From Mizuhopecten yessoensis (Eukaryota): DNA of 64,000 bases. Positions 50,601 through 64,000 of the stretch are shown here, piece after piece. The stretch covers positions 709,018-773,017 of the forward strand of contig NW_018407733.1 of assembly GCF_002113885.1 (NCBI RefSeq), written 5' to 3'. Both the position numbers and the translations under genes were made by a program. A model generated the notes under the pieces. It did no database searches. It was not told where the DNA came from and saw only the letters and a program-made list of their open reading frames with translations. Within the stretch, counting starts at the first letter, position 1; each line of letters begins with the position of its first letter.

Positions 50601-50939
50601 CAAGGAAGGTATTACATAAAATATAAAGATCCCAAATATTGCAAGGGGTGCAGCACATTTATCTAAGTCGCTTTCGTGTCCCAAGTAGAGGACACAAAAT
50701 AAAATGCCCAAATCTTCAGGGGTTCCCGCATTAGTCGCCTCTCACGATACATGATGTGAGTAACAGCAGGTGTATTCTTTTCTCGACCCCCAAACTACAG
50801 GGGTGGGCTGGTTGGACTGCCCCTGGGTAGAGTATACCTTGATCTTGCTACGTCACATTTATCTGGATAAAAGCACACTTTCAATTTTGTCCCACATGAT
50901 TTCAGTTTTCCCAGACCCTATTCATTTTACAGTCCTTAC

Positions 50940-51890
50940 GGGTAGTAAAGATCGTTCAGTTTCTGTGAGGTTTTGTGACGGTGAAATTGAGCAAAGAGAT
51001 TACTGTGAAGATTGGCATCAATATCACCAGTCAGTAACGTGCCTTGGCATTGCATCTCTTCTTAAATATATATATATGTGTAAATATATATGTGTATATA
51101 GCGGTGGTCTGAGCATGCTTCCAAATACTTGGGGCAGTTCCACTGTCGACGGATGTTTGAAAGACCTTGATTAGCTTGTGTAAGATGACATACTTTCGTA
51201 GTCTGGCTGGAAGTTCATTTGGACCCATCGCTTTACTCCTTACGATATTTAGAAGTAACATTGATCATGCCTGCAGGATGATGGTGACGGTTGAAGCGTC
51301 CTTGATACTGCTAGGGCCGACCTTTGGTGTATTACAGTCAGCCTTTACTCTGGATACACTTTTCAGCAGACCATAATCTGCCTTTTTTTTTTAACATAAC
51401 GCGGCAGCCTCTTTAACAAGCCATATCAAAAGTTGTTGGCATAACTCTAATGGGATGTGTGGCACACTTTAAGGACGATAACTTTTAAATTCTTGTATTT
51501 TGGGAAGAATCCTTGTCCTTTTTTCCCGTGATGACTCACTTTGTTGATGGCGCGATGTATATGCGGCGTGATCTCTTGGTGTTACGAAGAATCGGCATTG
51601 TTGGCTGAACTTTACTGGCGACATTAAGTCGAGGACAAAGTAATTTCAGAATTTACAAGAATTGACTACAACACTGTTTGAAAGCAACCCATGTCCTGTC
51701 TAGACTGTTATTTAGTGAATAACCCTCAATGAAATCCATGGTCAGTCGATCAGCTGTGTCTTGGATAAATGTTTCATCGTTGGTCCATATGAGCCTTCTG
51801 TTGACAGACGTAAGCGGCCTTGATGTTTGTGTAATAATAAAGTCATCTTCGGCGGGGTTTATACAAGATTATTAATGAATACTGTTGGCT
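50940..51890 (-). mobile_element. Degenerate LINE remnant (region preceding the RT domain)
   Basis: ORF 51031-51261 KAMGPNELPARLRK...VFQTSVDSGTAPSIWKHAQTTAIY...KK matches the GPD.IP..LK...F..SL..G..P..WK.A.V.PI.KK motif; interrupted by a (TA)n tract. Confidence 0.7.
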
Positions 51891-53222
51891 AGGAATAATG
51901 AAAAATTATCCACCTGCTCAACGCCGCACTCAGGTGCGGTGGGGATGAACATTTTATTTAACTGATTTTGGGTAGTAATGGTCTCCTAGCTGTGCTCCAG
52001 GTTGTTTAATTGGGGTTGGAACGGAGGGTAATTTTGGCGGCTATCATTACACCCCATGTCCAGAATGGCCGTCTCGCGGTAATTATTTAAGTAACGCGCG
52101 TTATTTAATTTGTCTGCAATCCTGTGAGAATTATAGGAGAATAACTTTCCAAATAAGGCAGTTTTTCTTATATTTCTAATCTGTTATCGCATTTCAAAGT
52201 CAAATTTCGCGCTGTCTGTCAATGGGACCTGTTCTTGTGACGTCATGGGTACATGCAACCGTTGCCGGCAAAAAATGTAGTTCGTGGAAATAAACACAAA
52301 ATCATCAATTTAATTTCAACAATTTCAACAATATATTCCATCGTGAGGATATTCACATTTTATACAACAAACTTGCATTCAGTTGAAAGTATATTTAGAG
52401 TGGGAAAATTGAAAACAGTTCACTTTATGTCATAAGTCTTTTAAAATTAAACGAAACGAAAGCAGCGTCTGATGAAACACTGCGCAACAATGTACTGGAC
52501 AACTGATTGACAGAACAGTGAAAGATGCAGATTGTAGACAGAAATTGAAGTAATACAATAGGAGAAATAATGGATGCAGGCAAACACTCTGCCTCTATAT
52601 CCATATATTATATATTTTTAACGTATTTAGAAAATATTTTTAACGTATTTAGAAAATATTTTTCATTAATTGTCATTTCCTGAGATTTCTTTATGGACGG
52701 TCAAATTATTGTATTTCAGTTCAAGATTTTTCCAATGAGTATCAAGATTACTTTCAAAGTCCTTAATCGTTGGCGATGTAATAACATATTCGGGGAGACT
52801 GTTCCAAATTTCGACAACCCTAAAGGTAAATGAATATTTCCAAATATCGTGCTTGCAATGTTTTTCCTGATTTTCTGTGCATGACCGGGGACGTATACTG
52901 TCCCTGGCATGACCTCTTGTTCTAGATGATGTATCTAATTCGAAGATTCCTTTTGTTACCTATGTTGAAATTATGAGTTAGCTCCCTTTATGTGAGTTAT
53001 TTCCCAAAATGCACACATTTCCTCAGGTATTTATTTTAAAATGTTTAAATATTTTAGATGATTTTATTTTTTATGTGAAAAATATTGCCGAGACACATAA
53101 CATTTTGTTATGCGTACCAGAACAGTTTTGATTAACTATTTGGTGGTGAATACTATAGGCTAATTTTAAAACTGTTAAAAATATTCGTACATTTTCCTGT
53201 CCTGCAACATTCAGCAATAACG

Positions 53223-53536
53223 AAGAAACCCCCGCGTTCATAAAACTGTTCTTTATACGGCGTTGTTTCCCGATGAAAACGACTGTCTTACATTTATGAG
53301 TGGATATAGTTGTTTTTTTATGAAGAATCAAACTTTATTCGTGAACCAACATCCCCCGAACCAGCAAAATATGAAACAGACTATAAGTTACAAAATTCCA
53401 AATAATTTATGCATAGACAATAAATTCATACGCATTGACGCAACATGGCATCAGTCGAAAAAGATATCAGTTTCGTGATAAATTTGCACTTTGTATTGAT
53501 CAGTGATTATAAAATTATAAGCTTCGGGGGTTTCTT
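53223..53536. mobile_element. Possible MITE immediately upstream of the KDM4 non-coding first exon
   Basis: Perfect 12-bp inverted repeats AAGAAACCCCCG / CGGGGGTTTCTT. Confidence 0.35.
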
Positions 53537-53589
53537 TTCTCCAAAAGCATCATAAACTTATGAATTTCCAGCTGTACATTAGGATTACG

Positions 53590-53713
53590 TTACACCGCGG
53601 ATGGCTTTCAGGGAACATCTTTAGGTCAACCATGACTTCCACAAAACTTGATGATTGTCATCAATGTTTTTGTTTATTATCAGTATTTTGCATTATCTGA
53701 TGAAATTAAGAAG
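53590..53713 (+). other. Putative non-coding first exon of KDM4
   Basis: Strong donor AAG|GTAAGT at 53713/53714. The ATG-bearing exon has an acceptor ending at 55452. The start coordinate is approximate. Confidence 0.45.
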
Positions 53714-55492
53714 GTAAGTTAAACATTTTCGAGGTCTCCTTTTGCTTTCTTATTTGTCTTTTGTATGTAATATGATTGGAAGTTTGTTGAAAATAAAACC
53801 GCAGTATTCGTGTGTCGTATTCGAAGCCGAAGGTCGATTTCTGACACTGTTCGATTGGGAATCTTTCCTGCAAAACATCAACTAACTGGTATTGGTGTCA
53901 AACAATGCAATGTCTTTGATTGTGTATATTATTATTCACTCTGGCGCGTACTGTTTTGTGTTGGTACTTGTCATGAACATTAAGGAAACAATTAAAACGT
54001 TACAAAAATGCGGCATGTCGGCATGCAATCCTCGATTTGTCGGCCATATTGTGTATTCTCTCGGCTCGCTTCCTGTTTTGACCAAAACCCTACAACAAGC
54101 CGATAAAAGCCTTAAGTGACATTGGTATTATATTTATCTGAACAGTGTTGACAATATTGGTGCTTGTTTGTTAATACATTTGTAACTGGTTTTGAAACCT
54201 TGAATTTAATGCCTGATGAAAATAGTGTCAATAGTCAAAATACAGCTATGGCACTACTTTTCTGAAGGTCGATCATGCGTGACGATTGATGGGCCGTGGA
54301 CGGTATTGACGAATTACGCTGTATTTCTAGTTAATTTTACGAAATTGTGCATAACCTCGAATTTAGCTTTATCATTGTTACACACTTGTCGAATGTATTG
54401 TGATGTTATAATAGCCAATGCAAAGAAAATTGAGGGAGTAGTGAAACTAGACAATTTATTTCGTTGGGATGAAGAAACGATACAAGTCACGTAGCCACCC
54501 CACGGATATTCTTATTGAAAATATACGCTGATGCTTCATCAAAGATTATATCAATGTTCTTCATATATATTTGAAAGGTTGGGTATAATCCTTCATGAGC
54601 AAATAATATTTCATCTGTGTAATGTACTGTTTATAATAACAATTCTACTGAAATGGGAAAGTGAAATAAAATTTTGAAGGAATCAAAACAAAAGCGCTTT
54701 AATAAGACGATTTTATCATTAGGTTAATAACAAAAGACAATAAATATATGTATTCTTTTAAAAAAAATATACATCTAAATGCATGCTTTTTGTAGTCAAT
54801 ATTACCATTAACCTTATTGTTTTATGCGACTTTGCTTTAATTTTATGAAAATTAAAATCTGAGAAACTATTGCTCAATACAGCTATGAGTTATAGGTGAA
54901 TATAGCTACATAGGTTTTTATAGCTATATAGCTCAATCAGCAGAGTGTACTGGACCTGTTTAAGCTTTGGGATAAAAAAAAAGGGCGTCATTCTTCCAAC
55001 ACAATCGAATGAATAATAAATTTAGTTACAATTGTTCACTAATAAAAGGATCGATACCTTTTTGTAAAAACAACAAACTGTACCACGTCAATTGCTGATA
55101 GAGTGGGTGAAAATTACATGCTTGTCTGTCACATTTGCACTGGATGCTGCAAGGCCTTTACATTGTGGTCAATGGAAAACAAAGTCATTGTGATGGATTG
55201 CCATTTTATTTAAAGAAAATCAACAAGATACATGTTAAAATATGCACAATTATCACTACCTCAGGTGTATAGAAAAAATATTGAACTGACATGGACCAAA
55301 TATCAGGTGTGATGGCAGTCTTAAACTAAAGCTTGTAAGAAGACACCAAAAGCTTGTTGTCAATATTCAATAAAAACATTCATCAGTTAACAGTTCCTCA
55401 AGCAGAGATTTTTTTTTTATAAATAATGAAGATTACATGGTATTTTTTTCAGGTTTCCTTTTGGAGTGAAATAAAAGAAACCACTTGACAAC

Positions 55493-58400
55493 ATGGAGTC
55501 GTCAAGTGGGGGGAGCAATACCCCAAAGATAATGGTTTTCAGGCCAACCATGGAGGAGTTCAAGGACATGGCCAAGTATGTGTCCTACATGGAGTCCTGT
55601 GGGGCACATAAAGCTGGCGTAGCAAAGGTTGGTCATTATAAGTAGTAATGTCTTTTTGACTTGTTAAGTGAGTCATCACTACAAATTACTAAACAGCATA
55701 TTGGTATTCATTTGTACTTCTATGTAGATTTGAACAGTTAATGAAGATATTGAAAAGTATGTTTCGTCCAGCAAAATTTTGACATAATCAATGTATTTGG
55801 GGATGCATCTTCCACCTAACTTACCGACAATGTACAGTACTGAAGTTCTCCTGTTCCTTTCATGTTTCCATTGATTAAAGCTGAATGAATGCAGATTCAG
55901 AACCCATTACATAAAAATCGTGTTTTTTTGAAACTTTTGAGTATGTGGATGCTTTTAAGAACTATTGACAATTGCTAACTGAATTTATAAACTTGTCATT
56001 TATGCATTGCAAATGTGAACTATTGTGATGTATCAATATTTCGATGTGTTGATTGAATCTTAAATTCAAAAAATCTTAATTTCAGTGTTAGTCATGTTAA
56101 CCCTTTTTTTCTATCAGGTTATACCTCCAGCAGAATGGGTTCCTAGAAGAGGGGGTTATGATGACTTGGAAATGACAATACCAGCACCAATCACACAGGT
56201 GGTGACGGGGTGTCAGGGTCTCTATCAGCAGTACAACATACAGAAGAAACCATTAACTATCAAAGAATTTGAAAAATTGGCAAACAGTGATAGGTAATGT
56301 CTCATGTCTAAACGTTCACATTTAGAATGGAAAAATAAAATGGAAAGTCATGTTTTTGTCCTTGCGAAATTGGAATGTATTTTTAAGCATATGTATACTG
56401 TTTTTTTTATCTATAATTTACCTATTGAAAAAAGTGTTTCTTTTCTTGAAGTTATGGACTCAATAGCTTAATTTGCAATTCAGGTTTTGTATATTCGGAT
56501 AAGCTTAATTTCCAATTCAGGTTTTGTATATTCGGGTATTAGAAAATAAACTTTGTCTATGAACTAGTGATGGAATTTGTTTAAAAAATGGAACATAAAT
56601 ATTTAAAATATATTAAGTAAAATCCGAGATAATGTGGCATATTTGTAATTTATGCAAAATATTGTTTTCCTGATCCTTACTTTGCTATTGAATTAGCAGT
56701 AATATGGATATTTCTTTCAACTTTTATATTAGTGTTTATCATTGGTTTAAGGTATCGAACACCAAAGCACTTTGACTTTGATGAGCTGGAAAGAAAGTAC
56801 TGGAAGAACATCACATTTGTAAATCCAATTTATGGCGCAGACATTTCGGGCAGTATCTATGATACTGATCAGAACTACTGGAACATTAACAAGCTAGGTA
56901 CAATCCTGGATTATGTGGCTGGTGACTATGGAATCAAAATAGAAGGAGTCAATACAGCGTATTTGTACTTCGGTATGTGGAAGACAACTTTCCCCTGGCA
57001 TACTGAGGATATGGATTTGTACAGTATCAACTACCTGCACTTTGGCGCCCCCAAGTCCTGGTATTCTGTACCGCCAGAGCATGGCAGGCGACTGGAGAGA
57101 TTAGCAACAGGTTTGTAATGACGACTTCCTCCTGTCCAACATCCACATCAGTTTTTAATAGGTGAATGCATCCCATAAAGTTCTGGGTTGCAGTCTTAGA
57201 ATTTATACACCATGGACAATAGTTCTATACTATATTGGTATACTTTAGACCTGTAGACATTTTTTATAGACCAGATTTTGGCCAAAAAAACTTCAACTAG
57301 TTTTATTTAGTTCTTGATTACATGAAAAATTGTGTAATAATAAGGAATAGAAGTAATTAAACAGAACGCAATTTCCCTCACTACTATGGCTATCATAGAA
57401 CAATATCTATACATAGGAAGTAACATCATGGACAACTTGGTCTATGAAGGAAATTTTCCCATAGACCTGCTGTGTTTTTTATGGTGATTGTCATTTGGTC
57501 TACTGTTCAGTTCAGACACTGGGGTTGAGTGCATAGATCTGTAAAGTACCCCATTATAAACAGGAGGTTGACAGGCCTACATCATTTATAATTGACTACT
57601 TGGACTTTGAGAGAATGATTTTAAGGAACTTTTATTTTTTGAACCTCAGTAAGTTAATGTTTTATCATCAAGTTGAAGACATATGCAAGATTTTTTTTTG
57701 TTGTTGTTCGTTCAGGGTGTAGCTCATTTTGATAAATTCTGGCATGTACACAATATGTAAATATGCAACCTGTTTTTTCTAGGATTTTTCCCCAGTAGTT
57801 CTCAGTCTTGCCCTGCTTTCCTGCGACACAAAATGACACTGATATCACCGGCAATACTGAAACAGTATTCCATTCCATTTAACAAGGTATGTATTCTCTT
57901 CTGCAGGTATAAAGGTTGTTTTTACCATCAAGTAAAGTAAATCTATGAAATTTTGAACAAATTCTTAAAATAGAGTTTAAATTTGAAATATCTGTGGTGT
58001 AGTAGTGTTTTGTTTAATTAACTTTTGTTTACAATTGTAAAGTTAGGCCAATAAACTGTTTAATTGACTGGAGAATTTATGACTGATTTTAGTCGGAGTT
58101 ATTATGGAATTTTTATTAAATCATTAATCAATCATCTGTAAGTTAAGGGTAAACGGATAATCCATCATAAAATTTCAACCAATTCCCAACGCTACTGCTG
58201 TGTGAAGATGACTTGACAGCATTCAGATCATGGCATCATTATGGATATTGTAATTTGGACACGGCTATGTTTAGACTCATTATGAAGAAGCTTCAAGTTG
58301 AAGCCCTATATCAGGGGTTAGCAATATTGAGTATACAGTATTCATTATGTTGATTGGGTTACACTCTGATCTGATACTGTAGTTGATGAGTGTACATTGT

Positions 58401-61400
58401 GTCTTTTTAAGATCACGCAGGAAGCTGGTGAATTCATGATTACCTTCCCGTATGGATATCATCAGGGTTACAACCATGGTTTTAATTGTGCGGAGTCCAC
58501 AAACTTTGCTACAGAGAGGTGGATTGAGTATGGAAAGAGGTGTTTGCAGGTGAGATTAATAGAGCGTGGATGGAGTGCCAAGAAATCCCCCCTCTCTTCC
58601 CAAATATTTAAAAATATTTAGCATTTTGGTAATTGAAATAATTCATCAGAAAAACAATTGAAGTTCATGAAATAATAGAAAAACAATTTTCAATTCTCTA
58701 TCAAACGTGACTTATTTGCTATTTTTTTGTTAGTGTAAGTGTCGGAAAGATGGTGTCAAGATCAGTATGGACACGTTTGTGATGAGATTCCAACCAGAAC
58801 GCTATGCTCTATGGAAAGAAGGGAAAGACATAGCTCCTCACCCAGAGGATGACCAGAGCAAGCTCTATAAACACAGGTGGGTGACGGCAAAATCGGAATT
58901 ATCGGATAAGTTTTTGAAGGAATTACCAGATTTAAATGAAACCTGTTTAGTATACTCTCTACCCAAATCCATACCATGTTGCTATCTGATCGGCTGATAG
59001 TTTCCATGTGATATCCTTTTGAAGCAATGAATGGATTTAAATTAAATTTGTATGGTATACTCGCTACCTAGATCTTATACATTACTGTGTGGAATAGTAT
59101 ACAGTTATAGAATGGATATGAGAGAAATAGCACATTTATGGTCCCCCGAGGTGAAAAACTATTTCCAAAGGGTGACCATAAATTTGCTCTTTCGGGGAAT
59201 TACCCGTTCTATAACTAAAGCTTATTTGAATTATATAAATCTACATTGTGCATATTGATGTTTAAAACAAGATAATATTTTGAGTTTTTGTGCTTTCAGG
59301 GACAAAAGCATAGCCAATAACTCTGGTACAGTGTCAAAGAGACATCCAATTTCTAAGTCCACATCACCAAAGAAAAAGGATAGCGTGAAGGAGGAAAAGG
59401 AGGAATCAGAAACATCTAAGGTTAAACAAGAAGAGGAAAACGCTGATGAAAGTTGTATTGAAGGAGAAAAGGATGATGAACAAAGCACTGGTAGTACATC
59501 TGACGAAAAAGGTAGTAATTCAGACAGTTCGAAAAAGAAAATTGCTATGTACTTGAAGGATGTGAAGAAGGCTTCTGCCCCTACCAAAAAAGCTGCCCCT
59601 AGCTCATTTCAGGCAGCGTTTGAATCACTCGTTACCAATAACAAAACGTTTCCAAAACCACCAGTTCATATTGTTGATGGTGTTCCTGTTAAAGTGAAAC
59701 AGCGTAAGCGGAAATCTGAGGAAAGTAAGATTAAGATAAAAAATGAACCTATTCCTACTGAAAGCGGTGATGCTTCCTCGCTGAATGCAGAGCTGACTGT
59801 ATCTGAAAATAAGACAATGCAAAATGGTGAAACAAAACAACAGATAGTAGTAGTCCCTAAGAAGAAATCCAGGAAAGATGGAAATTCTCCACCGAAGCGG
59901 AAAAAGCAAGTTCAAAATCTACACCCTTCTTATCCTTTCCTACCTCTCAACCATCCATCATCTACCACGTCTGTGACAAAAGGAATGATAACAAAGGAAG
60001 AATCAGATTTTAACAGACTTAACTTTCTCATGCCAACTATTCGATGGATCAAACAGCAACAAATGTTACAAAACTGTAGCAACAAGACCATAGGATACAC
60101 CAGTGGGAAAAGTGAAGAGATACCATTTGCCCATTCCTCTGGTGTTTCATTTGAGGATTTATTGGCTGCACAAAACAGAGACATCAAGTGCGAGCCTCAC
60201 GTTGTGTCAAATTCTAAAGGAAACCCAGTCAAAGCACATGGATCAATGCTTCATAACTATTCTCGGCCGGGTACTATAATGCCCCCAAGCACAACAATGA
60301 CTGTCAATACAGCAACTAAATCAACGGAACCCAAGGAGGAAACAGAGAGTGAATCAGCTCTGGACCTGTCTGTTGCTACAACTACGAGTGCTACAACATT
60401 ATCTCCAGAATCTCTTAAGATAAGTCAGACTACTGCTTCTCCTGTCAGAAAGCAAATAGCAGCACACTTTTCTGGTACCAAGAACTCACCTTCTGTAAGT
60501 TCTGAGAGGGAACCAATGGCAGGCCCCTCGAGTGCAAGTTCCAATGTGGATTCTCAGGCTATTTGGCCAACACCAGAACAGCTAAAACAGAGCATTAAAC
60601 TCACCGGACCTCAACACAATTTGTTCAACAGCTTTAATCAGGCTTTTGAATTAGCACAAAGCATGTTGAACAAGAAGCGTGATGGACAAGAACAGACCAA
60701 AGCCAGTGAATCCCCACCTTCACCCAAGACCTCAACTTCAACTGATACAACAGAGTGTTCACCCTCTTTTGAAAGTGCTCCACTTTTGCAGCAGTCACCT
60801 CAACAGAAAACGGGTACTGATAAAACTCCTCCTAGAAAACCTTCCACGGGTGATGTTAGTTATCCAGGCCTTTCTCAATCCCCAACAGGTGGAGTGCATT
60901 CATTGACATTTTCAAAATTAGTTAGCCAAAGTCAAAAAGAGCAGAAGAAAATATCAGAGTCTCCCAAGCCACATACAACAAGTCTGTTACAGCATAAACC
61001 CTTATTACCCTCACCAACCCATGGATCAGTATTTGACAATTCTAGAAACCCATCAACAACATGTTTATCACGTCCTCTCGGAGCTGGTGCTGAGTCACTA
61101 GTTCGCCATTCATCTCCCTCACATGCCATTGGCAGTCCAAACATGTATACTCCTTTATCAAGTATAGCTCAACATTCTCAGCAACAGAATCTTCTTCTTC
61201 AGTCTGCCAATCAACAACAGCAGACTTTTTTAGTCAATATACCTGTGATGCAAACGCCGCAGCCTACTGGTGGTATTACTGGCACTCCGTGTACAACTGC
61301 CACTACTAGGGCTTCACAGGTACTCCCTCTCGCATGCGGCCAAACTGTAGAAACAGTTGATCGTGGGGGAGTTGCTAAGACTAACAGTAAACTGACTGTC

Positions 61401-63916
61401 AGCCAAATTCTCAAGGGTGGTAAAAAAGCAGCGAAGCCTATTCTTCCCAATACAATTATTGTGAGTAGTGCATTCGGTGGCACCCAGCTTATCCAGGTTG
61501 GACAGCAAACGGTCAGTATTCCAAAAGTCCAAACACAGCCAACGAAAACAGTCAATGTTGTCAATATGATGCCAACATCCAATCAAGGGGGAGTTTCTCT
61601 GCTTTTGTCGCCTAAATCAGGAACAGGTGGAAAGATCCAGACAGCCTTACCCACAATGGTTTCCCGACAGGTCATCACTACAACACTGCCCACCTCCATG
61701 CCAGGTCAGGTTTTTACAAGGACCGTGCCCACAGCTGCCTCACATCAGGTAATCACTTCGACTCTTCACACACCTATCAAGAAACAAGTCATCACCTCTT
61801 CAATACCAACAGCCCAACGTCACATTCTCACCACAGCCACCCCATGTCCTGTGATAACAAATGTTGTGGGGCAGTCACAGATAGCAATGCCCATAATACA
61901 GTCACCCACTGCTTCATCCATTATGGCAAGAGCTACACCGGCTGTTTGTCAGGTGACCTCGACCAGCAACATGGGCAGTGTTCTTAAGACTGTAGTCGGA
62001 GCTGTTAACGATCAGACCAATATTCGACCAACATTACTTGCACAGAAAACTAAGATACTGCCACAGTTTGGAGGACAGCCAAGATTTGGAACAACCCAAT
62101 TTCTTCTACAAGGTGTCACACAGATACATCCAGCGCAGAAAGTGTTTCAAGTCGATCCAAAATCTCCTCACAACTTTAAAACAGTAGTGTCATCCCCGTC
62201 TTCATCCGCTACATCCACTACAATGTCGACGCAGAGCAGCTTGTTGTCCCCTGTTGTATCCACATCTTGTCTGTCCACATTAGATTCGTCCCTTACTGTG
62301 CTTACCAACACTGATGCTCTGTCTGTCCACAATTACAGTGGCAGTGGTCTGAAGTCAGCCCAGCAGGATTCTGACCAGTCCTTTGGCACCATTGTTAGTC
62401 CGAACAAGGTGCTACAGCTTGTACCTCAACCTATTGTGCCAATATCTCAGGCCTCGACTGTGGCGACAAGTACTGTACTCACCCAGAAAGGCAAGCACAA
62501 ACCAGACACAGAGTCCAAGGATATCTCTGAATCTCCAACTAAAGTGCGGGTAATTGATACGGAGAGTTCTAGTGGTTCTGATGAAAACTTTTCACCCAAA
62601 GAGAAGAAAAATATGTCCAAGAAAATTTCAGGAAATAAAGTAAGTGCGCAGTCCCCTTCAAAGCATGCTAACTTTTACAAAATGGTTGGATCAAGTCCAG
62701 ATGTCAATCAAACAGTGATACAAACTACAAGTTATAGTGCATTCTCTGGAAATTCTGAAAAATGTAAAAAGGCGAAGAAGACAGATTCTGCAAACAAAAA
62801 TCAGCAGGCAAGTATTTTTAGAAAATTTCGCTTTCAGTTTTCACTGAATCAAAAGGTAATTAAATAAGGATGTCTGGCCCAAGGTTCAAAAATGTTCCCT
62901 GACTTTTGAGACACCTCTAGTCTATATTTGAAAGTAGTTAAGTCCTTTAGAACACAATGGAACAGCTGTAAATATACAATTTTGAAGCATATAAAAATCA
63001 ACAAGTTTGCTTCATATACCAGTTATTTTACTGTTTGTATGGTTGCTTCAGATATCTTCATTCATTATGTTAAGTGATTCTCAATGCACTATAACAAGGA
63101 AAATGTTATATATATCTGTTTTGTAAATCACTGGGAACTGATTTTAAAGTTTGCATGTTTTACTCTTGTATTCTTTGTAGGCTAACAAAAAGAGGAAGTC
63201 TCCTTTAAAACCAACTTTGGAAGGTTGTCAGGAAGAAAAGGTGAAAAAGCTGTCTGCCACAAAGAAGAAAAAGGAAAACATGCTTACTGTCGACAGCAAT
63301 GGAAACTTTTCATCTCCCGAAGAAAAGAAACCAAAAGTGAACAAATCCATTAAATCAAAAAATTCCAGCAAAGGCGAGATGGTCAAAGCCAAGTCCAAGA
63401 AGGATATAGAAAACAAGAAGGAGATCAAAGGTATCACTTGTCACTTTCTGGGTTCAAGGTCAACTTTCATCCAATTAGGATAAAACAAACTGTCATCTTC
63501 TGAAGATTGTCAGATATGTGATCTATGAGGACTTCAGGAATATTCAGTTTAAAATCTTGGTCAATATGAGAATCTTTAGATTTGTTCAAATGGGGCAAAC
63601 ATTGAATAAAGGCTATACTGGATATAATGTTCTTCTCACACAGAATCATGACAGGGGGTGTAGAATAAATGTGATGTTGGGAGCAGAACCCTTGGATTTT
63701 GAAGCAAATTTATTTATTTTTCCCCACAATTTTGCAGAGGAACCAAGTGAAAGTATTGAGATTCCAGATGCCATTATGACAGGGCCATGGGCCCAACCTA
63801 TTAAGGAACTGTGGCAGCACCTGCCATTTGACTTTGAGGCAGAGAAAAAGTTCAATCAGAATTTGGCAAACAGGGAGCCCAACTGTGTTGTCTGTGCATT
63901 GTTCAAACCTTTCACA
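55493..63916 (+). CDS. KDM4: Lysine-specific demethylase 4 (JMJD2/KDM4A-C-like): JmjN, JmjC, long disordered linker, start of the PHD region; continues beyond the window
   Basis: Exons 55493-55627, 56118-56293, 56752-57110, 57783-57886, 58412-58549, 58734-58876, 59300-62807 (or 62855), 63181-63430, 63738-63916. JmjN: [11 protein letters not shown]...[13 protein letters not shown]. JmjC: [29 protein letters not shown] and [23 protein letters not shown] (Fe ligands HxE...H). Also [18 protein letters not shown] and the C-terminal [10 protein letters not shown]. Confidence 0.95.
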
Positions 63917-64000
63917 GTAAGTACAGTTGTTGTTTATACTTTAAATGTGTTAAGTATAATAAAGAAAACCGTATTAAAATACTGAATACTGCTTTCACCT

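Noticed and set aside
59231-63855. Several minus-strand and alternative-frame ORFs over KDM4 (likewise over 38115-39785 and the orphan gene)
   Set aside because: Shadows of real coding exons with no independent signals.

Overview
AT-rich, intron-rich animal genomic DNA. The repeat families look like those of a bivalve mollusc, but that is inference. Five protein-coding genes can be built by hand from splice sites and reading phase. (1) A TBC1D2/TBC1D2B-like PH + coiled-coil Rab-GAP on the minus strand (7 exons here; the TBC domain lies left of the window). (2) An unrecognised ~1,120-1,140 aa plus-strand gene made of triplicated phase-1 exon modules with repeated MAPK-docking-like motifs and one PP1 RVxF motif. 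(3) A 556-aa single-coding-exon gene with a basic disordered N-terminus and a Zn-hydrolase domain of the N-formylglutamate amidohydrolase / poly-gamma-glutamate hydrolase type. (4) A complete 7-exon RIMOC1 (C5orf51) on the minus strand. (5) A KDM4/JMJD2 demethylase on the plus strand with a 3.5-kb low-complexity exon, running off the right end. Introns and spacers hold four Helentron/HINE-like elements, three LINE remnants, SINE remnants, MITEs and several minisatellites. The most notable observations are the hydrolase gene, the modular orphan gene, a minisatellite that amplifies a splice donor, a 20-copy hairpin satellite, and a 13-copy M-box/CLEAR-like array inside RIMOC1. All family assignments are from memory of motifs; no database search was run.
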